Positions 51,942 through 61,495 of a DNA stretch of 64,000 nt are shown here, piece after piece. A model generated the notes under the pieces. That model saw nothing but the letters and a program-made list of their open reading frames with translations, was not told the DNA's origin and made no database searches. The position numbers were made by a program, and so were the translations under genes. Where the stretch lies: the NCBI GenBank assembly GCA_045606105.1, contig JAZURI010000011.1:70836-134835 (forward strand). The letters are read 5' to 3'. Every line of letters begins with the position of its first letter. Position 1 is the first letter of the stretch. The stretch is from Spirochaetia bacterium. Lineage in GTDB: Bacteria > Spirochaetota > Spirochaetia > CADAEX01.

Positions 51942-52757
51942 ATGAAAACAGCATTATCAATCGCAGGCAGTGACTGCAGCGGAGGCGCCGGAATTCAGGC
52001 AGATCTGAAGACCATGACCATGAACGGTGTTTACGGCATGAGTGCAGTAACAGCACTTACAGCCCAGAACACCACCGGCGTAACAGGTATATCGGAGGTA
52101 ACTCCCGATTTTCTTGCAAAACAGATAGAGATGATATTCAACGACATCCCGCCCCATGCGGTAAAGATAGGGATGGTGGCATCGGCCCCTCTCATCAGGG
52201 TCATTGCGGAAAAGCTCCGTTTCTACAAGGCGGTGAACATCGTGGTGGATCCTGTAATGGTGGCTACCAGCGGTTCAAGCCTTCTGGAATCGGATGCGGT
52301 GATTACCATGAAAAAGGAGCTTCTTCCCCTGGCAGACTTGGTTACACCCAACATACCGGAGGCAGAGGTCCTTTCAGGCATGAGCATAAAAGATAAGGCC
52401 GACATGGAAAAGGCGGCTGAAAAAATAGCTCTGGAAAACAGCTGCGCCGTCCTGCTGAAGGGGGGACACAGCATAAGCGATGCGGACGATCTTCTCTTTG
52501 CCGGCGGAAAGATGAGCTGGTTCAGGGGGCGGAGAATAGAGAATCCCAACACCCACGGCACCGGCTGTACATTATCCAGTGCCATAGCTTCCAACCTGGC
52601 CAAGGGATATTCCATGGAGGAATCGGTACGGCGTTCCAAGGACTACATCTCAGATGCCCTGGCAGCCATGCTGAATCTGGGAGCCGGCTCCGGCCCGCTG
52701 AATCACCTTTTTGACCTTAAGGGAAAGTATGCGGAACAAGTATCTGACAACAACTGA
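51942..52757 (+). CDS. thiD: hydroxymethylpyrimidine/phosphomethylpyrimidine kinase
   Basis: ThiD N-terminus LSIAGSDCSGGAGIQADLKT; ribokinase-fold GG motif. Confidence 0.85.
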   Translation: MKTALSIAGSDCSGGAGIQADLKTMTMNGVYGMSAVTALTAQNTTGVTGISEVTPDFLAKQIEMIFNDIPPHAVKIGMVASAPLIRVIAEKLRFYKAVNIVVDPVMVATSGSSLLESDAVITMKKELLPLADLVTPNIPEAEVLSGMSIKDKADMEKAAEKIALENSCAVLLKGGHSISDADDLLFAGGKMSWFRGRRIENPNTHGTGCTLSSAIASNLAKGYSMEESVRRSKDYISDALAAMLNLGAGSGPLNHLFDLKGKYAEQVSDNN

Positions 52758-53898
52758 AAACAGTCTTATCTGGTTCGGGGCCGGAGTTTCCATTGCGGAA
52801 ATACTTACGGGAACCTGCTTTGCCCCTCTCGGCTTCGTAAAAGGGACTGCAGCCATCCTGCTGGGACATGTTATCGGCTGCTTCCTGCTTTTTCTTTCGG
52901 GCTGCATAGGGGGAACCATAAGAAAAAGCTCCATGGATGCCGTAAAGATGAGCTTCGGTGACCGGGGAGGCCTTCTTTTTGCCCTTCTCAACATACTGCA
53001 GCTGGTGGGCTGGACCTCCATAATGATTTATGACGGGGCCCTGGCTGCAGACGGAATACTCAGCACGGGACGATGGCTGTGGTGCCTTGTTATCGGGGGA
53101 CTTATCACAATATGGCTTATCATAGGAATCAGAAGTCTGGGAAAGCTTAACATATGGATTATGTCATCCCTTTTCATACTTACGGTTATCCTGAGTTTTA
53201 TCGTTTTCGGCAGCAGCGGAAATACAATCCGGAATAACGGAATACTTACATTCGGTATGGCAGTGGAGCTTTCGGCAGCAATGCCCCTCTCCTGGCTGCC
53301 CCTGATCAGTGACTACACCAGGGATGCGGAAAAACCGGTGAAAGCATCAGCAGTAAGTGCTGTTGTCTACGGAATCGTAAGCTGCTGGATGTATATCATC
53401 GGAATGGGAGCCGCCATATTTACCGGAGAATCGGATATAGCACAGATCATGCTCAGGGCAGGACTGGGAACTGCAGGACTTTTCATCGTGGTTCTTTCCA
53501 CAGTATCCACAACCTTTCTGGATGCTTTCTCAGCCGGCATCTCCTGGGAATCGGTCTCCGGGGGGCGTAACGGCAGGAGCTTTGCCATCGGGGTTACAGT
53601 AATCAGTACGGCATGTGCTGTCTTCTTCCCGATTACAGACATTACCGACTTTTTATATCTGATAGGTTCCGTATTTGCACCTATGATTGCGGTTCAGATA
53701 GCCGATTTCTTTATAATCAGGCATTACAGCTGCAGCTGTGGATTCAACATACATAATCTGGGAATATGGCTTGCGGGATTCATAATTTACCGTTTCATGA
53801 TGAGAATGGATTTTGTGCTGGGTGTTACCTTACCGGCCATGCTTGTGACAATTCTGCTTTGTCTTTTCTTTCACAGAATCAAGAGAGGAAAAACATGA
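52729..53898 (+). CDS. NCS1/CytX-like permease (candidate HMP transporter)
   Basis: Polytopic; located between thiD and the TPK gene under the TPP riboswitch; the start is uncertain (52711 or 52729). Confidence 0.5.
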   Translation: MRNKYLTTTENSLIWFGAGVSIAEILTGTCFAPLGFVKGTAAILLGHVIGCFLLFLSGCIGGTIRKSSMDAVKMSFGDRGGLLFALLNILQLVGWTSIMIYDGALAADGILSTGRWLWCLVIGGLITIWLIIGIRSLGKLNIWIMSSLFILTVILSFIVFGSSGNTIRNNGILTFGMAVELSAAMPLSWLPLISDYTRDAEKPVKASAVSAVVYGIVSCWMYIIGMGAAIFTGESDIAQIMLRAGLGTAGLFIVVLSTVSTTFLDAFSAGISWESVSGGRNGRSFAIGVTVISTACAVFFPITDITDFLYLIGSVFAPMIAVQIADFFIIRHYSCSCGFNIHNLGIWLAGFIIYRFMMRMDFVLGVTLPAMLVTILLCLFFHRIKRGKT

Positions 53899-54518
53899 AA
53901 AAACGTTGTGTAATAGTGGGCGGGGCTCCGGTGGAAAACTATGCAAGACTCAAAAAGGAGCTGCGGAGTGATGATTTTGTAATCTACTGCGACTGCGGGC
54001 TTAAGCATGAAACGGGACTTGACCGGAGACCGGACCTTATAGTGGGGGATTTCGATTCCCACACCAGGCCCGAAACAGAGACCGAAACCATAGTTCTCCC
54101 CTGCGAAAAGGATGACACCGACACTGTCTTTGCCGTGAAGGAGGGGATGAAACGGGGTTTTTCAGACTTCCTGATGATGGGGGTTATCGGAGCCAGGCTG
54201 GATCATTCCCTGGGCAACGTGGCCATACTCGGCATGCTGGATAAGGCAGGCTGCCGGGGCAGGATCATGGATGACTATTCGGAAATGGAGACTGTATCTG
54301 CCTCCCCTGCCATTGTGGAGGATTCCTTTTCATACTTTTCCCTGCTGAACATAAGCGGAGAAGCGGCAGAAATAGACATCACCGGGGCCAAATACAACCT
54401 GTCGGGAGGAGAAATCACCTGTGACTATCCCTACGGAATAAGCAATGAGGTACTTCCCGGACACAGGGCACAGATAAAAGTGGGAAGGGGATCCCTCCTT
54501 TTGATAAAAGTTTATTAA
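53895..54518 (+). CDS. thiamine pyrophosphokinase
   Basis: TPK N-terminus (CVIVGGAP…VIYCDCG…IVGDFDS); ATGA overlap with the preceding gene. Confidence 0.75.
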   Translation: MKKRCVIVGGAPVENYARLKKELRSDDFVIYCDCGLKHETGLDRRPDLIVGDFDSHTRPETETETIVLPCEKDDTDTVFAVKEGMKRGFSDFLMMGVIGARLDHSLGNVAILGMLDKAGCRGRIMDDYSEMETVSASPAIVEDSFSYFSLLNISGEAAEIDITGAKYNLSGGEITCDYPYGISNEVLPGHRAQIKVGRGSLLLIKVY

Positions 54519-54582
54519 AAATATATTTACTGTTTAAAAGTTTCAAGTTATAGTTATACAAAGAAATATTTTGGAGGATCAA

Positions 54583-55833
54583 ATGGGATTTTTTGAAGAT
54601 CACCTTAAAGATACAGACCCTGAAGTCTGGGCTGCAATCGAAGCTGAAAAAGCCAGACAGAACCACAACATCGAGCTTATCGCATCAGAGAACAACGTTT
54701 CCATGGCAGTTCTTGAAGCAGACGGCTGTGTAATGACAAACAAGTATGCAGAAGGCTATCCTACAAAGCGCTATTACGGCGGATGCGAATGTGTTGACGT
54801 TGCAGAAGAGCTTGCAAGAGAAAGAGCAAAGAAGCTTTTCGGATGTGAATATGCCAACGTACAGCCTCATTCAGGTGCTCAGGCAAACATGGCAGTTCAG
54901 TTTGCAATCCTCAAGCCGGGCGATACAGTCATGGGTATGAATCTTGCTCACGGCGGACATCTTTCCCACGGTTCCCCGGTAAACTTCTCAGGTACATATT
55001 TCAACATCGTTCCTTACGGAGTAGATGAAACAGGATATATCGATTACGCAAAGGTAAGGGAGATTGCCCTTGAGTGCAAGCCTAAGATGATCATCGCAGG
55101 TGCTTCCGCATACCCAAGAGAAATCGATTTCAAGAAATTCAGGGAAATCGCAGACGAAGTGGGTGCAGTTCTCATGGTGGACATGGCACACATCGCAGGT
55201 CTGGTAGCAGCAGGTCTCCATCAGAGCCCAATCCCTTATGCTCACGTAGTAACCACAACCACACACAAGACACTCAGAGGTCCAAGAGGCGGTATGATCC
55301 TGGCAACACAGGAAGCTGCAGACACATTCAAGTTCAACAAGTGTGTATTCCCTGGTATCCAGGGGGGTCCTCTCATGCATATCGTGGCAGCAAAGGCAGT
55401 AGCTTTCGGCGAATGTCTCAAGCCTGAATTCAAGGAATATGCCGCACAGGTAAAGAAAAACGCACAGGTTCTGGCAGAAGAGCTTCTTAAAGCAGGTTTT
55501 GCCCTGGTATCCGGCGGTACAGACAACCATCTCATGCTGGTAGACGTATCAGTTCTCGGACTTACAGGAAAGGCTGTTGAACAGGCTCTGGACAAGGCAG
55601 GAATCAGCGTAAACAAGAACTCCATTCCTTTCGACAAGCAGAAGCCTACAGTTACCAGCGGTATCAGAATCGGTACCCCTTCCGTAACAACAAGAGGCAT
55701 GAAGGAAGCTGAAATGGTACAGATTGCTGCATTCATCAAGAGAGCCTGTGACAATATCGACAACGATGCTGCATTGGAAGAACTCAAGCAGGAAGTTTAC
55801 GCTTTTACAGCCAAGTTCCCTATGTATAAATGA
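54583..55833 (+). CDS. glyA: serine hydroxymethyltransferase
   Basis: PLP-lysine motif [14 protein letters not shown], with SHMT N- and C-termini conserved; start at the ATG after GGAGG. Confidence 0.95.
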   Translation: MGFFEDHLKDTDPEVWAAIEAEKARQNHNIELIASENNVSMAVLEADGCVMTNKYAEGYPTKRYYGGCECVDVAEELARERAKKLFGCEYANVQPHSGAQANMAVQFAILKPGDTVMGMNLAHGGHLSHGSPVNFSGTYFNIVPYGVDETGYIDYAKVREIALECKPKMIIAGASAYPREIDFKKFREIADEVGAVLMVDMAHIAGLVAAGLHQSPIPYAHVVTTTTHKTLRGPRGGMILATQEAADTFKFNKCVFPGIQGGPLMHIVAAKAVAFGECLKPEFKEYAAQVKKNAQVLAEELLKAGFALVSGGTDNHLMLVDVSVLGLTGKAVEQALDKAGISVNKNSIPFDKQKPTVTSGIRIGTPSVTTRGMKEAEMVQIAAFIKRACDNIDNDAALEELKQEVYAFTAKFPMYK

Positions 55834-55836
55834 TAT

Positions 55837-55865
55837 TTGACGGATATAAATTTATATATTATATT
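55837..55865 (+). promoter_or_regulatory. candidate sigma70-type promoter for rubrerythrin
   Basis: TTGACG-N17-TATATT, 19 nt upstream of the start codon with an AAGGAG RBS in between. Confidence 0.3.
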
Positions 55866-55884
55866 TTTTTATAAGGAGTAAAAA

Positions 55885-56424
55885 ATGGCAAACAAATACG
55901 CAGGTACAAAAACCGAACAGAATCTCTGGGCTGCATTTGCAGGAGAAAGCCAGGCTAGAAATAAATATACATATTTCGCATCAATCGCCAAGAAAGAGGG
56001 CTACGAACAGATTTCTGCCCTTTTCGAAAAAACAGCAAACAACGAAAAAGAGCATGCGAAACTCTGGTTCAAGGAGCTTGAAGGAATCGGCGACACAGCT
56101 GCAAACCTGGAAGCTGCCGCAGACGGCGAAAACTATGAATGGACAGATATGTACGAAAACTTTGCAAAGGATGCAGAGGCTGAAGGCTTCAAGGCTCTTG
56201 CTGCAAAATTCAGAGCAGTAGCTGCCATCGAAAAGCATCACGAAGAGAGATACCGCGCACTTCTCAAGAATGTGGAAACTGCTCAGGTATTCGAAAGAAG
56301 CGAAGTAAAGATCTGGGAATGCCGCAACTGCGGACACATCATCGTAGGAACAAAGGCTCCTGAGCTTTGTCCTGTATGTCTCCATCCAAAGGCATATTTC
56401 GAGCTTAACGCAGAAAACTACTGA
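55885..56424 (+). CDS. rbr: rubrerythrin
   Basis: Ferritin-like diiron E…ExxH motifs and C-terminal rubredoxin CxxC…CxxC (CRNCGH…CPVCLHP). Confidence 0.9.
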   Translation: MANKYAGTKTEQNLWAAFAGESQARNKYTYFASIAKKEGYEQISALFEKTANNEKEHAKLWFKELEGIGDTAANLEAAADGENYEWTDMYENFAKDAEAEGFKALAAKFRAVAAIEKHHEERYRALLKNVETAQVFERSEVKIWECRNCGHIIVGTKAPELCPVCLHPKAYFELNAENY

Positions 56425-56445
56425 TTCGTTTTTTACGTACAATGA

Positions 56446-56476
56446 AAAAGGGCTTCGTCATGAAGCCCTTTTTTTG
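56446..56476. terminator. bidirectional intrinsic terminator
   Basis: AAAAA-GGGCTTC-GTCAT-GAAGCCC-TTTTTTT between the convergent rbr and DMT genes. Confidence 0.65.
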
Positions 56477-57346
56477 TCATTTGAAGAAAGTCATAAGCAG
56501 GGTGCCGACCACCATGAGGGAGAGCCCCAGAGCACCTTTCCGGGAAAGCTCTTCCTTGAACACCACATAGGAGAAGGCCACGGTAATAAGGATGCTGAGC
56601 TTGTCTATAGGAACTACCACGCTTACCTCTCCGTTCTGGATGGCATAGTAGTAGCAGAGCCAGGAGGCTCCTGTGGCCAGACCTGAGAGGGAGATAAAGA
56701 TAAGCTCCTTTCTGTCCAGATGCCGGAGACCGGTATGCTTTCCTTTGCCGAAAACAATAAGCCAGGCCATCAGCAGAACCACGCAGGTACGGATGGCGGT
56801 GCTCAGGTTGGATTCCACCCCGGTAATGCCCACCTTGGCCAGAATGGACTGAAGAGCGGCAAACACGGCTGCCAGTACGGCATAGAGCATCCAGCTTCTT
56901 CCCTGCACCTGATTGTCGGATTCCTTTTTTTCCACCATAAGAAAAATTCCTGTTCCCAGAATAAGGGTGGAGAGAAGCTTCATGGCCAGGTTGGAGGTTT
57001 CTCCGAAGCATATCATAGCCATGATAACGGTCAGTATTGTACTTGATTTGTCTATAGGGACTACCTTGTTCACGTCTCCCATGGAAAGAGCCTTGAAATA
57101 GCATATCCAGGAAGCACCTGTAGCCAGACCTGAAAGGATGAGAAAAATCAGGGATTCGGTCCTGATGTCCTGCAGTGTATCCTGGGACCCTACCACAAAA
57201 ACCATGATCCAGGCAAAAACCAGAACCACCACGGTACGGATTGCCGTAGCCAGATCGGAATCGGTATGTTTTATACCGCACTTGGCCAGAATGGATGTAA
57301 GTCCTGCAAAAAAAGCCGAAAGAACGGCGGCTGTCAACCAAAGCAT
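56477..57346 (-). CDS. DMT-superfamily (EamA-like) transporter
   Basis: Two EamA-like halves with 10 predicted TM helices; chosen over the overlapping arginine-rich frame 56433-57341. Confidence 0.7.
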   Translation of the reverse strand: MLWLTAAVLSAFFAGLTSILAKCGIKHTDSDLATAIRTVVVLVFAWIMVFVVGSQDTLQDIRTESLIFLILSGLATGASWICYFKALSMGDVNKVVPIDKSSTILTVIMAMICFGETSNLAMKLLSTLILGTGIFLMVEKKESDNQVQGRSWMLYAVLAAVFAALQSILAKVGITGVESNLSTAIRTCVVLLMAWLIVFGKGKHTGLRHLDRKELIFISLSGLATGASWLCYYYAIQNGEVSVVVPIDKLSILITVAFSYVVFKEELSRKGALGLSLMVVGTLLMTFFK

Positions 57347-57417
57347 ATGTTACCTCGGTTCTACTCTACTCCCTTTCAGCTTTTAAAACAATATGGTTAA
57401 GGGATATAAGAAAGGAA

Positions 57418-57870
57418 TCAGATAAACTCCAGAATCTCGGCGGCGTTGGTGTCCGGTTTTACCTTTTCCATTACCCGCTCTATATTGCCCTGTTCATCGA
57501 TGATGAATGTGGTACGAACCACTCCCATGGATACCTTACCGCACATCTTTTTTTCCTGCCATACGCCGAAGGGTTCGATGGCCTTCAGTTCAGGGTCTGA
57601 AAGGAGGATAAACGGGAGATCGTACTTGGCTGCAAATTTCTGATGGGATACCACGCTGTCCTTGCTGATGCCGATGACAACTACCCCTTTTTTCTCAAAT
57701 TCCTTGTAGATGCCGGCAAAAGCGCAGGCCTGACGGGTACAACCCGGTGTGTTGTCCTTTGGATAAAAATAGATAACTACCTTTTTTCCGAGAAAATCTG
57801 AAAGGGAAACATTGTTTCCGTCTTTGTCCTGAAGTGTAAAATCGGGTGCTTTCATCCCTTTTTCAAGCAT
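57418..57870 (-). CDS. bcp: thiol peroxidase (Bcp-type peroxiredoxin)
   Basis: Peroxidatic cysteine context PKDNTPGCT. Confidence 0.85.
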   Translation of the reverse strand: MLEKGMKAPDFTLQDKDGNNVSLSDFLGKKVVIYFYPKDNTPGCTRQACAFAGIYKEFEKKGVVVIGISKDSVVSHQKFAAKYDLPFILLSDPELKAIEPFGVWQEKKMCGKVSMGVVRTTFIIDEQGNIERVMEKVKPDTNAAEILEFI

Positions 57871-57915
57871 TTTGTACCTCCTGTCAATATAAATATAACA
57901 TCCAAACGGCAGAAT

Positions 57916-58302
57916 TCAAAACAGTTCCTTTACTTTTTCCAGAATCAGGATGTCGGCAGGAAGCCAGCCCGGGGTATGGATTTCATCCTTGGTAAGCCAG
58001 CGGAACGCACTGTGCTCGGAAAGAACGGGACTCCCCTGCTCCAATGTACATAGAAAACAATCCATGGAGAGGTGGAATGTGGGATAATCGTACTCCACGG
58101 TGCCGATAAGCCTTTCGGGGATAACGGTAACGGAAAGCTCCTCCCGAATTTCCCGGACAAGGGCTGCCTCCGGTGTCTCGCCGCTCTCTATCTTGCCGCC
58201 TGGAAATTCCCAGCCCCCCTTGAAATCGCCGCTGCCCCGCTGTGTGGCAAGAATCCGGCTGTTGTCCTTGATTACGGCTGCAACTACACGTACGGTTTTC
58301 AA
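57916..58302 (-). CDS. NUDIX hydrolase (MutT-like)
   Basis: Nudix box GGWEFPGGKIESGETPEAALVREIREEL. The start is reassigned to the TTG at 58302 (product MKTVRVVAAVI…), which overlaps the def2 stop; the ORF-track start at 58377 would overlap def2 by 79 nt. Confidence 0.6.
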   Translation of the reverse strand: MKTVRVVAAVIKDNSRILATQRGSGDFKGGWEFPGGKIESGETPEAALVREIREELSVTVIPERLIGTVEYDYPTFHLSMDCFLCTLEQGSPVLSEHSAFRWLTKDEIHTPGWLPADILILEKVKELF

Positions 58303-58712
58303 ATAAGGACTCCGTTGCAGTGATCTATCTCGTGCTGAATGATCTGTGCCGGAAAGCCCCGGTAGATTTTTTCGCATTCATTCAGATTCATATCCAGATA
58401 CCTGACCTTGACAGTTCTGAAGCGCTGGCAGGGTCTGGGTCCACCCAGGAGAGAAAGGCACCCTTCCTCGGTTTCGTAAGGACCCGACGAGGTGATAATT
58501 TCGGGATTAAGCATGACGGTGTAGCTGCTTCCGTCCTGAAAGGCGATGATGCATCTGCGTATGCCGATCATGTTGGCAGCCATTCCCACGCAGTTTTCCT
58601 TATGGGCAATCAAGGTATCCAGAAGGTCCTGTGCCGCAGCAAAATCGGCCTCTGTGGCAGGCTCTGATTTTTCGGCCAGAAATGCCGGGTCGTGGACAAG
58701 GGCTCGGATCAT
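58299..58712 (-). CDS. peptide deformylase paralog (non-canonical motif I)
   Basis: Motif II EEGCLSL and motif III QHEIDHCNG are present; motif I reads CVGMAANM instead of G-x-G-x-AA-x-Q; start placed at MIRALVHDP. Confidence 0.65.
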   Translation of the reverse strand: MIRALVHDPAFLAEKSEPATEADFAAAQDLLDTLIAHKENCVGMAANMIGIRRCIIAFQDGSSYTVMLNPEIITSSGPYETEEGCLSLLGGPRPCQRFRTVKVRYLDMNLNECEKIYRGFPAQIIQHEIDHCNGVLI

Positions 58713-58713
58713 G

Positions 58714-59106
58714 TCAGAACTCGACTGTTTCAGGAGCCTTGGCAAAGGAGCTGAAGGTGGCTACGCAGTTTTTCAGGTAGAATACCTGTGTGTTGCCGTC
58801 GTTCTCGTTATACATGCAGCGGAGCATAGGATAGGCATCCAGCATGGATTTGCGGGCTTCGAAGCGGTCATCCTCCACCAGAACGCAGGCAACACGGAGC
58901 CAGGTACCGTCGCAGAAGGCACAGAGCTCTGCCTTAGGGTTTGCAGCCAGCTGACGGCTGGTGGGCTTTATTTTTCCGGTCTGTATGTAGAGTTTTCCTT
59001 CAAATTCGTTGATTGTCCCGAAAGGGCGTACACGGGGCTGATCCCCCTCAACAGTAGCCAGATAATATGTTTCTGCTTTCTTCAAGAAATCGTAAACTCT
59101 TTTCAT
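58714..59106 (-). CDS. pyridoxamine 5'-phosphate oxidase-like FMN-binding protein
   Basis: Split-barrel signature (TYYLATVEGDQPRVRPFGT…GKLYIQT); 130 aa. Confidence 0.7.
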   Translation of the reverse strand: MKRVYDFLKKAETYYLATVEGDQPRVRPFGTINEFEGKLYIQTGKIKPTSRQLAANPKAELCAFCDGTWLRVACVLVEDDRFEARKSMLDAYPMLRCMYNENDGNTQVFYLKNCVATFSSFAKAPETVEF

Positions 59107-59120
59107 GTTATCTCCTTTTT

Positions 59121-59597
59121 TTATTCTGCCAGTTTTTTAAGGCTCTCTCCCGAAAAGCGGTAGGTGGTCCAGTCACTCATCTGCTCGGCTCCCAGGGAAA
59201 GGTAGAAATCGATGCTGGGCTTGTTCCAGTCAAGACACCACCACTCAAATCTTCCGCAGCCGCGCTCCAGTGCAATGCGGGCCAGTTCCCTGAGAATTCC
59301 CTTTCCGTGGCCGCGGCCTCTGTATTCAGGCAGGACATAAAGATCCTCCAGATAGATGCCGGCTTTTCCGAGAAATGTGGAGAAATTATGGAAAAACAGG
59401 GCAAAACCCACTTCCTTGCCATCCTCCATGGAGAAAATGACCTCAGCTATATGCTTTTCGAAAAGCCACTGACGGAGAATTTCCTTGTCGGCCACCACCA
59501 GATCGGACATTTTTTCGTACTCTGCCAGCTGCCGGATGAAGCTGAGAATCAGATCTGTATCTTTTTCCGTTGCAAAACGGTATTGGATTGTGTTCAT
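59121..59597 (-). CDS. GNAT family N-acetyltransferase
   Basis: Acetyl-CoA motif YRGRGHGKGIL; 158 aa. Confidence 0.8.
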   Translation of the reverse strand: MNTIQYRFATEKDTDLILSFIRQLAEYEKMSDLVVADKEILRQWLFEKHIAEVIFSMEDGKEVGFALFFHNFSTFLGKAGIYLEDLYVLPEYRGRGHGKGILRELARIALERGCGRFEWWCLDWNKPSIDFYLSLGAEQMSDWTTYRFSGESLKKLAE

Positions 59598-59676
59598 GTG
59601 GATATTATAGCACGGAATGGGAGGAATGGGGAAATTATTATTGTCAAATAGTAAAGACAGATGATAAAATTATAAT

Positions 59677-60399
59677 ATGTTAAATGATTTCTTTAATTGG
59701 TTGACCCTGAATACAAATCTTGCAAATTCATCAAAAGACCACTATAAAAATGGATTAAAATCCATATCAAAGGAAATGTTATCCAGAGATATAATTGATA
59801 AACCGTTGGAAGATATGTCTGTTCAAGAATTGGAAATCGCATATTTTTGCATCTTTCAAGACACTGTTTTTCTCGAAAAAAACAATCGGGGAAATAACAT
59901 GTACAGTAATTCATTAAAACATTATATGGCATTCGTAAAAGATGTTGCAAAAAATGATATAGAAGATAATTTTGTTAAATCAATCAAAAAAGATAATACT
60001 ATTTCAGAAACAGAAAAAGAAACCATTATACTGGCCAGATTGGGACAAGGAAAATTCAGAAAGCTGATATTAGAAAAATATAATTCCAGGTGTGTAATAT
60101 CAGGTATTTCCGACACCAGGCTTTTGATAGCCGGACACATTAAGCCTTGGGCAGTTTGCGATAACAATAACAGAATTGATCCCGAAAACGGTCTATTGTT
60201 CAATAACTTATATGACAAAATGTTTGATCTTGGAATAATGACATTTTCCGAAAAAGGGAAGATTCTTATTTCAAAAACATTCAAAGAAAAAAATATAAAG
60301 CTTATCGGCCTGGATACAGAACGTATTTATGACCTGCAATTGACCGATAAAATGAAACAAAATCTTGAATATCACAGAGATATTATATTTTTGAAGTAG
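59677..60399 (+). CDS. HNH endonuclease (COG3440-like predicted restriction endonuclease)
   Basis: C-terminal HNH-type motif CVISGISDTRLLIAGHIKPWAVCDNNNRIDPENGLLFNNLYDKMFDLG. Confidence 0.65.
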   Translation: MLNDFFNWLTLNTNLANSSKDHYKNGLKSISKEMLSRDIIDKPLEDMSVQELEIAYFCIFQDTVFLEKNNRGNNMYSNSLKHYMAFVKDVAKNDIEDNFVKSIKKDNTISETEKETIILARLGQGKFRKLILEKYNSRCVISGISDTRLLIAGHIKPWAVCDNNNRIDPENGLLFNNLYDKMFDLGIMTFSEKGKILISKTFKEKNIKLIGLDTERIYDLQLTDKMKQNLEYHRDIIFLK

Positions 60400-60400
60400 T

Positions 60401-61495
60401 TTATTTTAAGAATCTTATTTGCAGACATAATTTTAAATAATATTTTCCGTTTTCTTTAAAAATATTACCAAAATCATGCCTTGAAGTACTTGGTGTATCA
60501 AATTTTGTATTTTTAACCAAATAATCTTCAAATTCATTTCTGTTAAATAAGTGATAACAAAGAACTTCTCCATCTTCCCTGACTATAATATATCCGCCTG
60601 TTGCATCTGCTCTTCCGGTCCAAGGAGTCGAAGGCAACATACCTAAAGCACATTCGGAAATAAACTTTTTGAATTTATACTCATAAAAAGGCTGCCCGCT
60701 CTCAAGAGGGAATTTGCAAGGATTTTTTTTGGAAATATTTTTGAGCGATTCAGAAATTTTTTTAACACGGTGGGAATAATATTCCATAAGCATATAAGCA
60801 CAAATTTTAGGTAAGCTTCCGTCAAGCATTAGAAGATTGTTTTCAAAAATATCGTTATCAACTTTTATAAAGTTTAAACTACAGTCCTTTGATTTCAAAT
60901 AATCAAATCTGTCTTTAAATTTTTTAGAACAGGTGTTAAAACCATTTAACACTCCATCATCTATTTTTCCGACAACTTCATATAAAAAATTAGTTGTCTT
61001 ACCTGCATTGATAAGAGTGGAAGCTCCTCCTAATCTTGATTTAATACTGAAACCCTGGACATTTTCATATCCTGTATTAATATCGTGAATTCTTATAAAG
61101 ATATCAGCTTTATCTGTAGGTTTGGCTTTAATTGTGTCAACGGATATTTTTTGAAGAAATGCGTTGGTCGCTTCGGATGAAAAAGTTGTTTTTTTAGAGT
61201 TAATTATTTCTTTATATAAATTATTTGCACATCTTGTAAATTCCTCAGATTTTATAGATGCAAGTTCTGTTTTTTTGTCTACATTGAAAACTGTGATTAT
61301 TTTTTTATTTTGATTAATACGGAATTCAAGTTTTCCTATTGATTCATTTCTAACAATATTAATTATATTGTAAAAAGTACCATCTAGTTTATTTAAATCT
61401 TCATCTGCAGCGTACAATTTTCCTAATTCAAGTAAACGTAACAGCACATAAATTTCACTCCATTCACCTTTGTTATAGCCGGAAAGTTTTGGCAT
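60401..61495 (-). CDS. candidate type II restriction endonuclease (hypothetical protein downstream of the MTase)
   Basis: 364 aa, AT-rich, translationally coupled (23-nt overlap) to the C5-MTase gene; no recognisable catalytic motif confirmed by eye. Confidence 0.4.
   Translation of the reverse strand: MPKLSGYNKGEWSEIYVLLRLLELGKLYAADEDLNKLDGTFYNIINIVRNESIGKLEFRINQNKKIITVFNVDKKTELASIKSEEFTRCANNLYKEIINSKKTTFSSEATNAFLQKISVDTIKAKPTDKADIFIRIHDINTGYENVQGFSIKSRLGGASTLINAGKTTNFLYEVVGKIDDGVLNGFNTCSKKFKDRFDYLKSKDCSLNFIKVDNDIFENNLLMLDGSLPKICAYMLMEYYSHRVKKISESLKNISKKNPCKFPLESGQPFYEYKFKKFISECALGMLPSTPWTGRADATGGYIIVREDGEVLCYHLFNRNEFEDYLVKNTKFDTPSTSRHDFGNIFKENGKYYLKLCLQIRFLK

Noticed and set aside
56433-57341. 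302-aa arginine/glycine-rich ORF in an alternate frame of the DMT transporter gene
   Set aside because: The overlapping frame 56477-57346 gives a coherent 10-TM EamA-like protein. The alternate frame has an implausible composition.
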